Of a stretch of 64,000 bases of DNA, positions 34,085 through 44,531 are shown piece by piece. Source of the DNA: Candidatus Altimarinota bacterium (GTDB taxonomy: Bacteria; Patescibacteriota; Gracilibacteria; UBA1369); assembly GCA_963677745.1 (NCBI GenBank), contig OY782391.1, positions 128,001-192,000 of the forward strand, written 5' to 3'. Both the position numbers and the translations under genes were made by a program. Every line of letters begins with the position of its first letter. Within the stretch, counting starts at the first letter, position 1. The notes under the pieces are model-generated. The model searched no databases, had not been told where the DNA came from, and was given only the letters and a program-made list of their open reading frames with translations.

Positions 34085-35869
34085 ATGAAAAGCTACAAAA
34101 AGCCATTTTCTGCCTTTACGGTCAGCCTTGCCATATTCCTGAATTTCAGTCTGACACCCGCCCTGCAGGCACTGTCCATTACCGATATTAAAGATGTTTC
34201 CCCAAAAGATCCACGCGTCGGAATGTTCATCGACCTTATTGAAAATGGGGCTTTTTCTCTGGATAGAAGGGGTGATTTTCGACCGGCGGAAGCGATTTCC
34301 CGGGCCGCCTTTTTGAAAGCCTCCCTCAGCTATCTGGGCTTCAAACCGGTCAAAACGCTTAATTCATTCACCGGCTACAGCGACGTACCGGAAAACAGCT
34401 GGTTTGCCCCATATGTTAAAAAAGCACTGGAAATCAGAGCCCTTACCAATAATCTTAATGACCGTTTTTATCCCGAACAAAGCCTGACCCGCCAGGAAGG
34501 ACTGCTTTTGATCATGAGAATTTACGGTCTGCCTATCCCCCTGACCGCACCAGACTCCTCCGAACTTTATTCCGACATCCGCCCCAATCATCCACTGGCC
34601 TCGGTTTATGCAGCGGCAAAATCACATTATCTGTATTTTGAAAAAGACCAGGAAGCTTTTCGGCCCAATCTGCTACTGACCAGAGGCGATGCGGCCGACC
34701 TGCTCTTCAAAGCCAAAATTGCCTCCCAACTGTTAACTCCGAACGATCATCCCTACGGTTCGGTTACCATTTCGGTTTCCAGTCCCAGTCCGGTGGATGA
34801 CAGCCAAACCGATCTTCTGGAAAATGAGAAATTTGGCATTCTGCTCGACACTTGGAGCAAAATCAACACACAATTCGTTTATACCGAAAAAGTTTCCCAG
34901 GACAAGCTTGTTTACGGGGCAATCGGTGGAATGGTAGACAGTCTTGATGACGCTTATTCCACATTTAACAGTCCCGACGCCGACGGTTCATCCTACATTT
35001 ATATTCCTGAAGATTACGAAGGTATCGGCGCAGTGATCGAACAAACCGACGGCAATTTCATCATTCTCACCACTCTCAACAATTCCCCCGCCTATCGGGC
35101 CGGACTTAAAAGCAAGGATATCATTCAGGAAATTGACGGGAAAAGCCTGACCGGCCTGACCTATGAACAGGTAACATCACTGATCAAAGGACGGGCGGGC
35201 ACCACCGTAAAATTGAAAATCAAACGTGATTCCACCCTGCTTAACTTTGAAATCGTACGGGAAAAAATCACCATAGAAGCCCTCCAATGGAAAACCGTCG
35301 GCAATAATATCAACTATCTGCGAATCGATCAGTTCACCGAATCAAGCGGCCAGGAATTTGCCGATTATCTGGTTGAAATGCAGAAGGCCGGTTCCAAGAA
35401 ATTGATCGTAGATCTGCGCAACAATCCCGGGGGCTATCTGACCAGCACCCAGGATATACTCGGACATTTTTTAACCGACGGACAGGTGGAATTTTATACG
35501 GTGGACCGCAATAACAACAGAACCCAATACCTTTCCAACGGACTGGGGGAATTAAAAGACTATCAAGTTGTGGTACTGGTGAATGAAGGTTCAGCATCTG
35601 CTTCTGAAATTTTTGCCGGCGCCCTGCAGGACTATCAGCTGGCCCACCTCATCGGAAACACTACCTTCGGCAAAGGAAGCGTCCAGGAAATTACCAATTA
35701 CAGCGACAATTCCAGTCTCAAACTGACCATCGCCAAGTGGCTCACGCCCAAACTCCGGGATATTAATCATGTCGGTCTGGTACCCGATCAATCGGTAACC
35801 ATTTCCGATCAGCAAAAACAGCTGGGCCTGGATCCCCAACTTACCGCAGCCATCCAATATCTGAACTGA
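34085..35869 (+). CDS. S41A carboxy-terminal processing protease with N-terminal SLH domains
   Basis: SLH repeats (FRPAEAISRAAF, YSDVPENSWFAPYV, FRPNLLLTRGDA); PDZ (GIGA, SPAYRAGL); DLRNNPGG, SASASE, TFGKGSVQ. Confidence 0.92.
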   Translation: MKSYKKPFSAFTVSLAIFLNFSLTPALQALSITDIKDVSPKDPRVGMFIDLIENGAFSLDRRGDFRPAEAISRAAFLKASLSYLGFKPVKTLNSFTGYSDVPENSWFAPYVKKALEIRALTNNLNDRFYPEQSLTRQEGLLLIMRIYGLPIPLTAPDSSELYSDIRPNHPLASVYAAAKSHYLYFEKDQEAFRPNLLLTRGDAADLLFKAKIASQLLTPNDHPYGSVTISVSSPSPVDDSQTDLLENEKFGILLDTWSKINTQFVYTEKVSQDKLVYGAIGGMVDSLDDAYSTFNSPDADGSSYIYIPEDYEGIGAVIEQTDGNFIILTTLNNSPAYRAGLKSKDIIQEIDGKSLTGLTYEQVTSLIKGRAGTTVKLKIKRDSTLLNFEIVREKITIEALQWKTVGNNINYLRIDQFTESSGQEFADYLVEMQKAGSKKLIVDLRNNPGGYLTSTQDILGHFLTDGQVEFYTVDRNNNRTQYLSNGLGELKDYQVVVLVNEGSASASEIFAGALQDYQLAHLIGNTTFGKGSVQEITNYSDNSSLKLTIAKWLTPKLRDINHVGLVPDQSVTISDQQKQLGLDPQLTAAIQYLN

Positions 35870-35870
35870 T

Positions 35871-38543
35871 CTATTCGTAGGTCTCGGTAGTGGTGGTACC
35901 CAGATTGCGCAAAATTTCTTCCGGATTGGTTGTCACAATCTTGTCCTCTGTATAAGAGGCAATAATCTGCATCGCCACGTGTTTCATACCGGCAAAAAAC
36001 AGCCCCTGTCCGACACCGGAATTGAGCAGCATATACTTCTCCCCTTCTGTCAGATTGAAAGTCTTTTGCAAAACCGCAATAGAAGCCGGCGACTGTTTGA
36101 GCAGCAGCGCCATCGCGGAATTGGAAACAATTGGTTTTCCATAGGGTGACTTCATAAAGTCCTCCACATCCTGATTGATCACCGTTATGCCCAGATAATA
36201 TTTTCTGGCCCTCTTGACCAGCCCGAACAAAAATTTGGCGGAATCTTCATGTTGCATCATCGTCCAGGCTTCATCCACGATCATCAAACGCTTTTTCATG
36301 GCAGACCGGACCCTGCTCCAGATAAAATTCAAAATAATATACATGGCTATCGGTCTCAGAGCATCCTCCAGATCACGAATCGAGAACACCATCAGACCGC
36401 TTTTCAGATCGACATTGGTCGGTTTGTTGAAAATACCCGAATAAGTACCTTTTGTGTATTTTTCCAGACGCTGCGCCAGATCGGTGGCCCCCTCCATATT
36501 AATAAGCAGGGCATGCAAATCCTCCATGGTCGGCACGGGCAGGTTGGAAGGATCGACAATTTCCATGGTTATCCCTTTCAGGGAGTATACGTCGTTAAGA
36601 GCCTTATCGATAATTCCCTCCTCAGCAGGAGTCAGTCCTCCCAGCATAATTTTCAATAAACCGTGCAGATTGATGATATTGGACCGGAGCAAATCCCCCG
36701 GCTGCAATTCCTCATCCTTGAGCGGAGCGGGCAGATCAAACGGATTGATGCGACGGTCGGAAGTCAGTGAAACGCGCAGATATGCTCCCCCCACGGTCTT
36801 GGCCAGTTCTTCGTACTCATTTTCGGGGTCAATCACGATCACATCCACGCCCAGCATCAGATAACGAACAATTTCCAGTTTTACCGAGTAAGACTTTCCG
36901 GCGCCGGAGATGGCAAACACCACCGAATTGGCATTGGGCAGACTGAAACGGTCAAAAATAACCAGTGAATCGTTATGACGGTTCAAACCGTAAAGAATGC
37001 CTTCATTACTGGTCAAATCGGAAGAACTGAAAGGAAATGTTGTCGACAGCGGGCCGGTATTCATATTTCTGAATACTTCCAGTTCGTCCAGGCAAAGCGG
37101 GGTTGTGGAATTAAAACCGTGCTCCATCCGCAGATCGGCCCGCTTGGTAAGAATGAGCTTGGAGCCCAGTATTGATTCCAGTTGTTTGGAAATACGGTCA
37201 ATTTTTTTAAGCTCATCGGCATAAATGGTAATATACATCGCAAACTGGAAAAATTTTTCCTGTCCGCGCTGAATTTCCGTGCGCAGTTGTTCGGCATCCT
37301 CGTAAGCGGTTTCCAGTGCGGGATCACGAATCATACCTTTCTCCGCATTCAAACTCATGGCAGCCTGCATCTGGGTTACCTTCTTGGACAATATTTTCAT
37401 TATCTTCGCCGAATCGATCGGATAGATAAACTGGGCAATATCCATGGTTGCGTCAAAATTGACGATCGGCGACATCCAGTTCGTATCCAGATAGCGGGGA
37501 TACGAATAAACCATAAAGGTACGTGCAAACGTGCCCTCAACCTTTAAATTGTCATAATTGATTTCAAATGATGATGGAGCAATCAGATCTCTAACCGTAG
37601 CCATTCCTTCCTGAAAGATCTTTTCCGCCTCCATCAAATTTTTATGTTCCTCCGCCAGTTCTTTTTGCGATTCCTTGCCGGTGGCGGTTTTGGCATACTG
37701 TCTGGCCGCTTTACTCATCTCAAAGTTCTCCAGCGTGATTTCCGCTTCATCCACACCGGCGGACTTTCCTTTCTCCACCTCTTCTCCCGCGGTTTTTACG
37801 GCACCGGCCAGGCCTTTTGACAGATTGGCAAACAAATCCGCCTTGGTTTTGGCATCTGTTTTTGCTTTTTCCTCAAGGACCTTCTCTCCCGCAACTTTTT
37901 CCTTCAGGGCTTTTTCATCCGCTTCCTTTTGTTCAGTTTTTTCCTGTTTAATTAATTTATCCTCCGGCTTCTTGGCAATTTCCGGAGAGACTGTCTGTAT
38001 CAATTTATTATCCACCGGCACACTCGCCACCGGTTTTTCGGGTTCAGCTTTAGGCTCGGATTTCTGCTCAGCCTGTAGAGGAACTTCTTTTAAATCCTTT
38101 AACCAGTCCGGAACTTTTTCCGCGGAGGATGATGCTGCCGGTACCGCAGCGGTCGTTGTAAGCGGATTCGTCGCAGATGTGGAGACCGGTGTTGCTGTCG
38201 GTATGGAGGCCGGCGCCGGCTTTTCGACGGCGGGGGCAGAAACAGGAGCAACCGCTCCGGCATTTTCTTCTCCTTCAAATTTCAGTCCCTCCAGAGCCTT
38301 CTCCTCTTTTTTCAACGCTTCATCTTCCGGACTTCTGACCACATTCTCCAATACCTGTTTTCCCTCATCGTTGAATTTTGCGTTTTCCTCATGAGATTTC
38401 AAAGCCAGCAGTTGTTGTACCGCACCGGACTCCTTTTGGGCAGATTCCGCATTTGTTTCCTGGGCTTTCTTAAGCCACGAAGGAACAAAGTTCCCCGTCC
38501 CACCACCGGTTCCGTTATTTCCCGTCACATTGTTTTCGGCCAT
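35871..38543 (-). CDS. VirB4/TraC-like secretion ATPase with a long low-complexity N-terminal extension
   Basis: Walker A AISGAGKS, VIDPENEY, INPFD, Walker B MIVDEAW, KRARKY, NQDVEDF; first ~300 aa are Ala/Glu/Lys/Pro-rich. Confidence 0.9.
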   Translation of the reverse strand: MAENNVTGNNGTGGGTGNFVPSWLKKAQETNAESAQKESGAVQQLLALKSHEENAKFNDEGKQVLENVVRSPEDEALKKEEKALEGLKFEGEENAGAVAPVSAPAVEKPAPASIPTATPVSTSATNPLTTTAAVPAASSSAEKVPDWLKDLKEVPLQAEQKSEPKAEPEKPVASVPVDNKLIQTVSPEIAKKPEDKLIKQEKTEQKEADEKALKEKVAGEKVLEEKAKTDAKTKADLFANLSKGLAGAVKTAGEEVEKGKSAGVDEAEITLENFEMSKAARQYAKTATGKESQKELAEEHKNLMEAEKIFQEGMATVRDLIAPSSFEINYDNLKVEGTFARTFMVYSYPRYLDTNWMSPIVNFDATMDIAQFIYPIDSAKIMKILSKKVTQMQAAMSLNAEKGMIRDPALETAYEDAEQLRTEIQRGQEKFFQFAMYITIYADELKKIDRISKQLESILGSKLILTKRADLRMEHGFNSTTPLCLDELEVFRNMNTGPLSTTFPFSSSDLTSNEGILYGLNRHNDSLVIFDRFSLPNANSVVFAISGAGKSYSVKLEIVRYLMLGVDVIVIDPENEYEELAKTVGGAYLRVSLTSDRRINPFDLPAPLKDEELQPGDLLRSNIINLHGLLKIMLGGLTPAEEGIIDKALNDVYSLKGITMEIVDPSNLPVPTMEDLHALLINMEGATDLAQRLEKYTKGTYSGIFNKPTNVDLKSGLMVFSIRDLEDALRPIAMYIILNFIWSRVRSAMKKRLMIVDEAWTMMQHEDSAKFLFGLVKRARKYYLGITVINQDVEDFMKSPYGKPIVSNSAMALLLKQSPASIAVLQKTFNLTEGEKYMLLNSGVGQGLFFAGMKHVAMQIIASYTEDKIVTTNPEEILRNLGTTTTETYE

Positions 38544-38664
38544 ATTTTGGCTTGGCGATACTTATTAAATCCCTTTATTCTACCTTAAAAAGCCTATTTT
38601 TTCAATTGGCCGGAAAAACAACTTGTGCTAAACTGTCGCCGAATCCAATTCAACACGTTTTAAA

Positions 38665-41229
38665 ATGGCAGAAAATAGCACAAATCAAGACAAATCCCCT
38701 ACCCAGCCTGAAAGCGCTTCGGGAGGAGAATTGTTTAAAGATTATACTTTACGCAACATTACCACCGAAATGGAAAGCTCATATTTGGACTACGCCATGA
38801 GCGTAATAGTCCAGAGAGCTCTACCTGACGTCCGCGACGGACTTAAACCCGTACACCGGCGCATTCTGTTTGCCATGAATGAAATCGGGTTACGGTCCAA
38901 CGCGACTTTCAAGAAATCCGCCAAGGTAGTTGGTGAAGTTCTTGGTAAATACCATCCGCACGGCGATTCCTCCGTCTATCTGGCCATGGTCAGAATGGCC
39001 CAGGATTTTGCCATGCGCTATATGCTGGTCCACGGCCAAGGAAACTTCGGATCAATTGACGGAGACTCTCCGGCAGCCATGCGTTATACGGAAGCCAAAA
39101 TGGCCAAGATTTCCGACGAAATGCTTTTTGATATTGATAAAGAAACCGTCGACTGGGTCGACAATTATGATGCCTCCACCAAAGAACCAAGCGTCCTGCC
39201 AACCAGAATCCCCAATCTGTTATTGAACGGATCATCCGGTATCGCCGTCGGTATGGCAACTTCGATCCCGCCGCACAATCTGAAAGAACTCAACCAGGGA
39301 ATCCTGCATCTGATCGACCATCCCGAGTGCAGCATTGACGATCTGATGAAATACATCAAAGGTCCCGATTTCCCGACTTCCGGAATTATTTATGACGTCA
39401 ACGCCATCAAAACGGCCTATTCCACTGGCCGCGGCGGAATTATCATGAGAGCCAGAGCCGGCATCGAAGAGCGAAAAAACGGGCGTTTCCAAATCATCAT
39501 CACCGAGCTGCCCTATCAGGTCAACAAAGCCGACTTGATTACCAAAATAGCCGACCTGGTACGCGACAAAAAAATAGTCGGTATCAGCGATCTGCGCGAT
39601 GAGTCCAAAAAGGACATCCGCATTGTGATTGAACTGAAAAAAGAAGCCTATCCCAAAAAACTGCTCAATCAGCTGTACAAGCTGACCACCATGCAATCAA
39701 CCTTCAACTTTAACATGATCGCCCTGGTGGAAGGAGGTCTTCAGCCGAAACTGTTGGATCTCAAGCAAATCCTGGAGCATTTCATTACACACCGCGTAAC
39801 CGTCATCCGCCGACGCACCGAGTATGATCTGAAAATTGCCAAAGCCCGCGCCCACATTCTGGAAGGTCTGAAGATTGCACTTGATCACATCGATGCCATC
39901 ATCGAAACCATCAAAAAGTCCGCTACCAAGGAGGATGCCCAGATAGCTTTGATGAAGAAATTCAAACTTTCGGAACTTCAGTCCAAAGCCATCCTGGAAA
40001 TGAAACTGCAGACGCTGGCCGGACTGGAAAGACAAAAAATTGAAGACGAACTGGCCGAAAGACTGGCTTTTATCGCCGAAATGGAAGATATCCTGGCCAA
40101 TGAAGGCAAGATCATCGATCTGATCCGCACCGAAACCAAAGAAATGTCCAAAACCTACGGAGATGACCGCAAGACTGAGATTGTTCCCAACGCCATCGGC
40201 AAATTCTCCAGCAAGGACACCATCCCCAACGAACCAATGATTGTCATGATGTCCCGCGAAAATTACATCAAGAGAATCCCTTCCAACACCTTCCAGTCGC
40301 AGGGACGCGGCGGCAAGGGAATTATCGGGGCGACTACCAAAGAAGAGGACGAAATCAGCATCATGATGCAGTGCAACAACCATGATGATTTGTTGTTCTT
40401 CACCAATCTGGGCCGGGTCTTCCGACTGCCGGTTTATGAATTGCCGCAGGCCTCCCGCACTGCCAAAGGCACCCCTGTCGTCAATCTGCTGCAACTTTCC
40501 GACAATGAAATCGTTACCGGCATACTTCCCACCGGGGAAAAACTGACCGGATCACACCTGTTGATGTGCACCACCCGGGGAACGGTAAAAATGACCAAAG
40601 TTGAGGATTTTTCCAATGTCCGCAAATCCGGTCTGATTGCCATCAAACTGCGTGAAGGCGATATGCTGCACTGGGTCAGACAGATCAACAAAGACAATGA
40701 AATCATGATCGTGACCAGAGACGGCAAATCAATCCGCTTCAGCGAGGCTGACATTACCCCGACCGGACGCTCCTCAATGGGCGTGCGCGGTATCAAAATC
40801 AAAGCCGGAGACACCGTGGTTGATATGGACGTGGTGAAAGATCTCAAGAAATCACATCTGCTGGTCATCATGGAAAACGGTTTGGGCAAATCTTCACTGA
40901 TTACCGATTACCGCTTCCAGACACGCGGCGGCAGCGGAGTCAAAACTGCCAATATCACCGCTAAAACCGGGAAAATCGTCGGAGCCAAAATCATCGATGA
41001 AAATGCCGCCGGCGATCTGATCATCATTTCCAAAATGGGTCAGGTAATCAGGCTCCCGCTCAAATCAATCCCCACTCAGGGCCGGGCCACCCAGGGTGTA
41101 TATCTGATGCGTATGAATGCCAGCGATCTGGTAGCATCCACCACCATGGTTGAGGAAACCAAGAAAGTCGAACGCCAGCCCGAGGAAGTTTTGGAAGAGG
41201 ACGGAAAAAAACAGCCCGCACTCTCATAA
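38665..41229 (+). CDS. gyrA: DNA gyrase subunit A
   Basis: [29 protein letters not shown], GyrA-box QGRGGKG, C-terminal pinwheel repeats. Confidence 0.98.
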   Translation: MAENSTNQDKSPTQPESASGGELFKDYTLRNITTEMESSYLDYAMSVIVQRALPDVRDGLKPVHRRILFAMNEIGLRSNATFKKSAKVVGEVLGKYHPHGDSSVYLAMVRMAQDFAMRYMLVHGQGNFGSIDGDSPAAMRYTEAKMAKISDEMLFDIDKETVDWVDNYDASTKEPSVLPTRIPNLLLNGSSGIAVGMATSIPPHNLKELNQGILHLIDHPECSIDDLMKYIKGPDFPTSGIIYDVNAIKTAYSTGRGGIIMRARAGIEERKNGRFQIIITELPYQVNKADLITKIADLVRDKKIVGISDLRDESKKDIRIVIELKKEAYPKKLLNQLYKLTTMQSTFNFNMIALVEGGLQPKLLDLKQILEHFITHRVTVIRRRTEYDLKIAKARAHILEGLKIALDHIDAIIETIKKSATKEDAQIALMKKFKLSELQSKAILEMKLQTLAGLERQKIEDELAERLAFIAEMEDILANEGKIIDLIRTETKEMSKTYGDDRKTEIVPNAIGKFSSKDTIPNEPMIVMMSRENYIKRIPSNTFQSQGRGGKGIIGATTKEEDEISIMMQCNNHDDLLFFTNLGRVFRLPVYELPQASRTAKGTPVVNLLQLSDNEIVTGILPTGEKLTGSHLLMCTTRGTVKMTKVEDFSNVRKSGLIAIKLREGDMLHWVRQINKDNEIMIVTRDGKSIRFSEADITPTGRSSMGVRGIKIKAGDTVVDMDVVKDLKKSHLLVIMENGLGKSSLITDYRFQTRGGSGVKTANITAKTGKIVGAKIIDENAAGDLIIISKMGQVIRLPLKSIPTQGRATQGVYLMRMNASDLVASTTMVEETKKVERQPEEVLEEDGKKQPALS

Positions 41230-41293
41230 ATTTCACTTGCGCAATTAACTCTTTATCATTAATATTCGCTTACTTTTTAAGACTTAAGTCGTC

Positions 41294-41632
41294 ATGAAAG
41301 ATAAAATTCATCCCAAGTTAAATAAGGTTGTTTTCGTTGATGTGATGAGCGGCGCGGAATTTGTCACCACCTCCACCCTGAAATCCGACGAAATCAAAAA
41401 AATTGATGGAATAGAACACTTTGTTCTGAAAGTGGAAACCTCTTCCGCCTCCCATCCTTTCTACACCGGCAAACGCCGCAGCGATGTCCGCAACGATCAG
41501 GTAGCCAAGTTTATCGCCAGAGTCGCCAAAGCCCAGGATAAAAACAAGCCAAAAACTGTCAAAGAAGAAGAGCTGGAAAAACCTGTTAAAAAAGCAGCGA
41601 AAAAAGTGTCAGCCAAAAGTAAAAAGGCCTAA
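41294..41632 (+). CDS. rpmE2: 50S ribosomal protein bL31 type B (Cys-free) with Lys/Ala-rich tail
   Basis: MKDKIHP, SSASHPFYTGK; no Cys; tail KPVKKAAKKVSAKSKKA. Confidence 0.9.
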   Translation: MKDKIHPKLNKVVFVDVMSGAEFVTTSTLKSDEIKKIDGIEHFVLKVETSSASHPFYTGKRRSDVRNDQVAKFIARVAKAQDKNKPKTVKEEELEKPVKKAAKKVSAKSKKA

Positions 41633-41638
41633 ATCCGC

Positions 41639-42802
41639 ATGTTTGAATTTAAAATAATTGCCAAAGACCCACAGACGAAAGCCCGTCGTGGGCTTTTTTC
41701 GACCCCCCACGGCAAAATAGAGACCCCGATTTTTATGCCGGTCGGCACTCTTGGGTCGGTCAAAGGTCTTTCTCCGGACGAATTATTGCAGGCCCAAGCC
41801 CAGATCATTCTGGCCAACACCTATCACTTATATCTGCGGCCGGGACATCAGCTGATCCGGCAAATGGGCGGTCTGCACAAATGGATCAACTGGGACAAAC
41901 CGATTCTGACCGACTCGGGAGGATTTCAGGTTTTTTCCCTGGGAGCCGGCACAAAAAAAGGGAAATCCAAGGTGAAACTGACTTCCGACGGCGTGGAATT
42001 CAAATCCCATCTGGACGGCAGCAAGCATTATCTGACCCCGGAAAAAGTCATGGAAATCGAACATGATCTGGGAGCAGATATTATCATGGCTCTGGATGAA
42101 TGTGCTCCCCATGACAGTGACAAAAAATACGCCGAAAAAGCCATGCTGAGAACACACGATTGGGCTCAAAAGTGCCTGACCAGACATCTGCAGCTGGAAA
42201 AAGAGAAAAATCACCGTAAAGATCCCCCGCAGGCGCTTTTCCCGATTATTCAGGGCACCGTTTTTGAAGATCTCCGCATCGAGTCCACTCAATACATTGC
42301 TTCACTCAACACACCCGGACTGGCCATCGGAGGTCTGTCGGTGGGAGAAGGACGGGAGGTCATGTGCCGGATGCTGGAAGTCATGCAGCCTCATTATCCC
42401 GAACAAAAACCACGATATCTGATGGGCGTCGGGACCCCGCTGGATCTGCTGGAAGGTATTGAAAGAGGAATCGACATGTTCGACTGTGTCCATGCCACGC
42501 GCATCGCCCGTCACGGCTGCTTCTATAATAATGAGGGCAGACACCATATCGCCAATGAAAAATTTTTTAGCGATACCCTGCCTCTCGACCCGGATCATCC
42601 GGACAATCCCACCGGGAAATTCAACCGGAGCTATATTCGTCATCTGGTCAAGGAGAACGAGATGCTGGGTATTCGACTGCTTTCCTTAAATAATCTATAC
42701 TTCCTGCTGAAATTGATGGAAAATGCTAGAGGGGCCATCAGTAAAGGTTACTATCGGGATTTTAAAAACAACTTTTTAAGTCATTTCAGAGATACGGTCT
42801 GA
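41639..42802 (+). CDS. tgt: tRNA-guanine transglycosylase
   Basis: TPIFMPVGT, NTYHLYLRPG, TDSGGFQVFSL, LDEC, GGLSVGE, PRYLMGVG, DMFDCV. Confidence 0.96.
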   Translation: MFEFKIIAKDPQTKARRGLFSTPHGKIETPIFMPVGTLGSVKGLSPDELLQAQAQIILANTYHLYLRPGHQLIRQMGGLHKWINWDKPILTDSGGFQVFSLGAGTKKGKSKVKLTSDGVEFKSHLDGSKHYLTPEKVMEIEHDLGADIIMALDECAPHDSDKKYAEKAMLRTHDWAQKCLTRHLQLEKEKNHRKDPPQALFPIIQGTVFEDLRIESTQYIASLNTPGLAIGGLSVGEGREVMCRMLEVMQPHYPEQKPRYLMGVGTPLDLLEGIERGIDMFDCVHATRIARHGCFYNNEGRHHIANEKFFSDTLPLDPDHPDNPTGKFNRSYIRHLVKENEMLGIRLLSLNNLYFLLKLMENARGAISKGYYRDFKNNFLSHFRDTV

Positions 42803-42866
42803 TCCATCGCCATGCGCATCACACCGGCCTCAAACCGTCTCACAGCCTCCAATTAACCAGCCCACC

Positions 42867-43433
42867 ATGATCAGTTATCTGAAAGGAGAAATTATCAGCA
42901 AACACAAACAATCCGTCACTTTGCTGTGCGGAGCCGTCGGTTATGAAACCTTTCTGTCCTCGACCATTCTGTCCGAGATGGAAATTGGACAATCTGCCGA
43001 ACTATATATTTATACAAGAGTGCGTGAGGATGAGATCACGCTCTATGGATTTACCAAGACCGGCGACCTGGAATTTTTCAAATTATTGATAGGAGTAAAC
43101 GGAGTAGGTCCCAAAACCGCCCTGGAAATCATGAGTGTTGATGCCAACCAGATTAAAAACGCCATTCTTCAGGAAAATCTGGCCCTGCTCACCAAAACAC
43201 CCGGCATCGGCAAAAAAACCGCCGAAAGAATCATTCTGGAATTGAAAAACAAAGTGCAACCGGACAGCCTGATCGAACTTCCCGCCAGTCTGGAACAACG
43301 ATTTGATGAAGTGGTTACCGCCCTGACCACACTGGGCTATCAGCGCGGGGAAATTTATCGTGTACTGAAAACCGCCCCACCGGAAATGGTTTCCTCCGAG
43401 GAAATTGTTACCTTCTTCCTGAAAAACGTTTAA
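42867..43433 (+). CDS. ruvA: Holliday junction branch migration protein RuvA
   Basis: MISYLKG, VGYE, VREDEITLYGF, VNGVGPKTA, PGIGKKTAERIILELK. Confidence 0.96.
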   Translation: MISYLKGEIISKHKQSVTLLCGAVGYETFLSSTILSEMEIGQSAELYIYTRVREDEITLYGFTKTGDLEFFKLLIGVNGVGPKTALEIMSVDANQIKNAILQENLALLTKTPGIGKKTAERIILELKNKVQPDSLIELPASLEQRFDEVVTALTTLGYQRGEIYRVLKTAPPEMVSSEEIVTFFLKNV

Positions 43434-43466
43434 TAGCAGATGGCCGCCCGTCTATTTTCTGGACCT

Positions 43467-44531
43467 TTAACCGGCCTTTTCCTCAGATTCTTCCGTCTCC
43501 ACATCGTTGGTCGGCTCGGATTCCTCCAATACAAAATCGAAGTATTGTTGGGCGTGTTCAAAATCCCCGTTATCCAAAGCTACTCTTATTTTCTCCAATC
43601 GATCCATCTGCAAATATGCGGAAGGATCTTTGCGGTAAGCGCTACCAGCGTTTTCATCTTTAACCTTAAACCGCCCCTGTATGGAATTTATTATCTTATC
43701 CTTCTTCTTGAGCAGACGCTTCATCTCCCGAACAACCTTTTCAAATTCCTGACGCAATTCAACATCCCAGGCAGCTTCCATTTCCAGAGGCTCAGCCGGT
43801 TTCACCATAGCATTTATCATCTGATGCCGAATTTTATGCTGCCTTTCCGACATTTCATTCAAGCGCTTCCGTAATTTAGACAGACGTGCCAATAAAATTC
43901 CCAGTGCTGAACCGATAAGCATAATCCTCATAAACCATTGAACCTTGTGCGATGCCCAGAACTGCTCCTGATTCAATCCAACAAATTTTTCCACCCGTTC
44001 TCTAAACTGTTTATCAGTCTCAAAACTAACCTCAAACTGTGGATTATTTATGTATGAACAAAACAGTGAACTCTCCCGATCATCTTGTTCGAGACCGCAT
44101 AGCTGACTACCTATCCTATTACATTCTAGATTTTCTACCCATAATTCATAGTATTTAGAATTTAGCATACGTAAAAATTCACTATATTTCTCCTGTTCAG
44201 ATATGCTTGCCCCCGTTTTTCTGTTGCACTCGACTGAACCTATTATGGGTTCAATCTTTTGAATTTCCTGCTTTCGGACTTCAAAATCAGCCTGTTCACT
44301 GGCCTCCAGAGCATTCACGCCATAAATACCCAGAGCTACCCCGCCTGACATCAAACCGTTAAAAATAAACTGCCTTACGTGCAAGCTAATTTTCTCCCTT
44401 CTTAAAGTATCTGCCTCTGTTATTAAAGACTTCTGTTTTTGCCTTTCTACCACTTCATTGCTATGGCCAGCTTTACGCACCCTGTTTTTTAATCTTGGAC
44501 CAGTCTTAGCTTCTTTCATGGCAAATTTCAT
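43467..44531 (-). CDS. Hypothetical two-TM protein, tandem paralogue B
   Basis: Shares NGL..G..A.G.YG, YxELW, LFCxYxNNxQFE, YRxDP and RxALDNxD with 44528-45634. Confidence 0.8.
   Translation of the reverse strand: MKFAMKEAKTGPRLKNRVRKAGHSNEVVERQKQKSLITEADTLRREKISLHVRQFIFNGLMSGGVALGIYGVNALEASEQADFEVRKQEIQKIEPIIGSVECNRKTGASISEQEKYSEFLRMLNSKYYELWVENLECNRIGSQLCGLEQDDRESSLFCSYINNPQFEVSFETDKQFRERVEKFVGLNQEQFWASHKVQWFMRIMLIGSALGILLARLSKLRKRLNEMSERQHKIRHQMINAMVKPAEPLEMEAAWDVELRQEFEKVVREMKRLLKKKDKIINSIQGRFKVKDENAGSAYRKDPSAYLQMDRLEKIRVALDNGDFEHAQQYFDFVLEESEPTNDVETEESEEKAG

Noticed and set aside
39697-40494. Long antisense ORFs (also 12382-13113, 37675-38394, 49735-50448, 53998-54789)
   Set aside because: They lie opposite well-supported genes and carry no motifs; they are consistent with codon-bias shadows.
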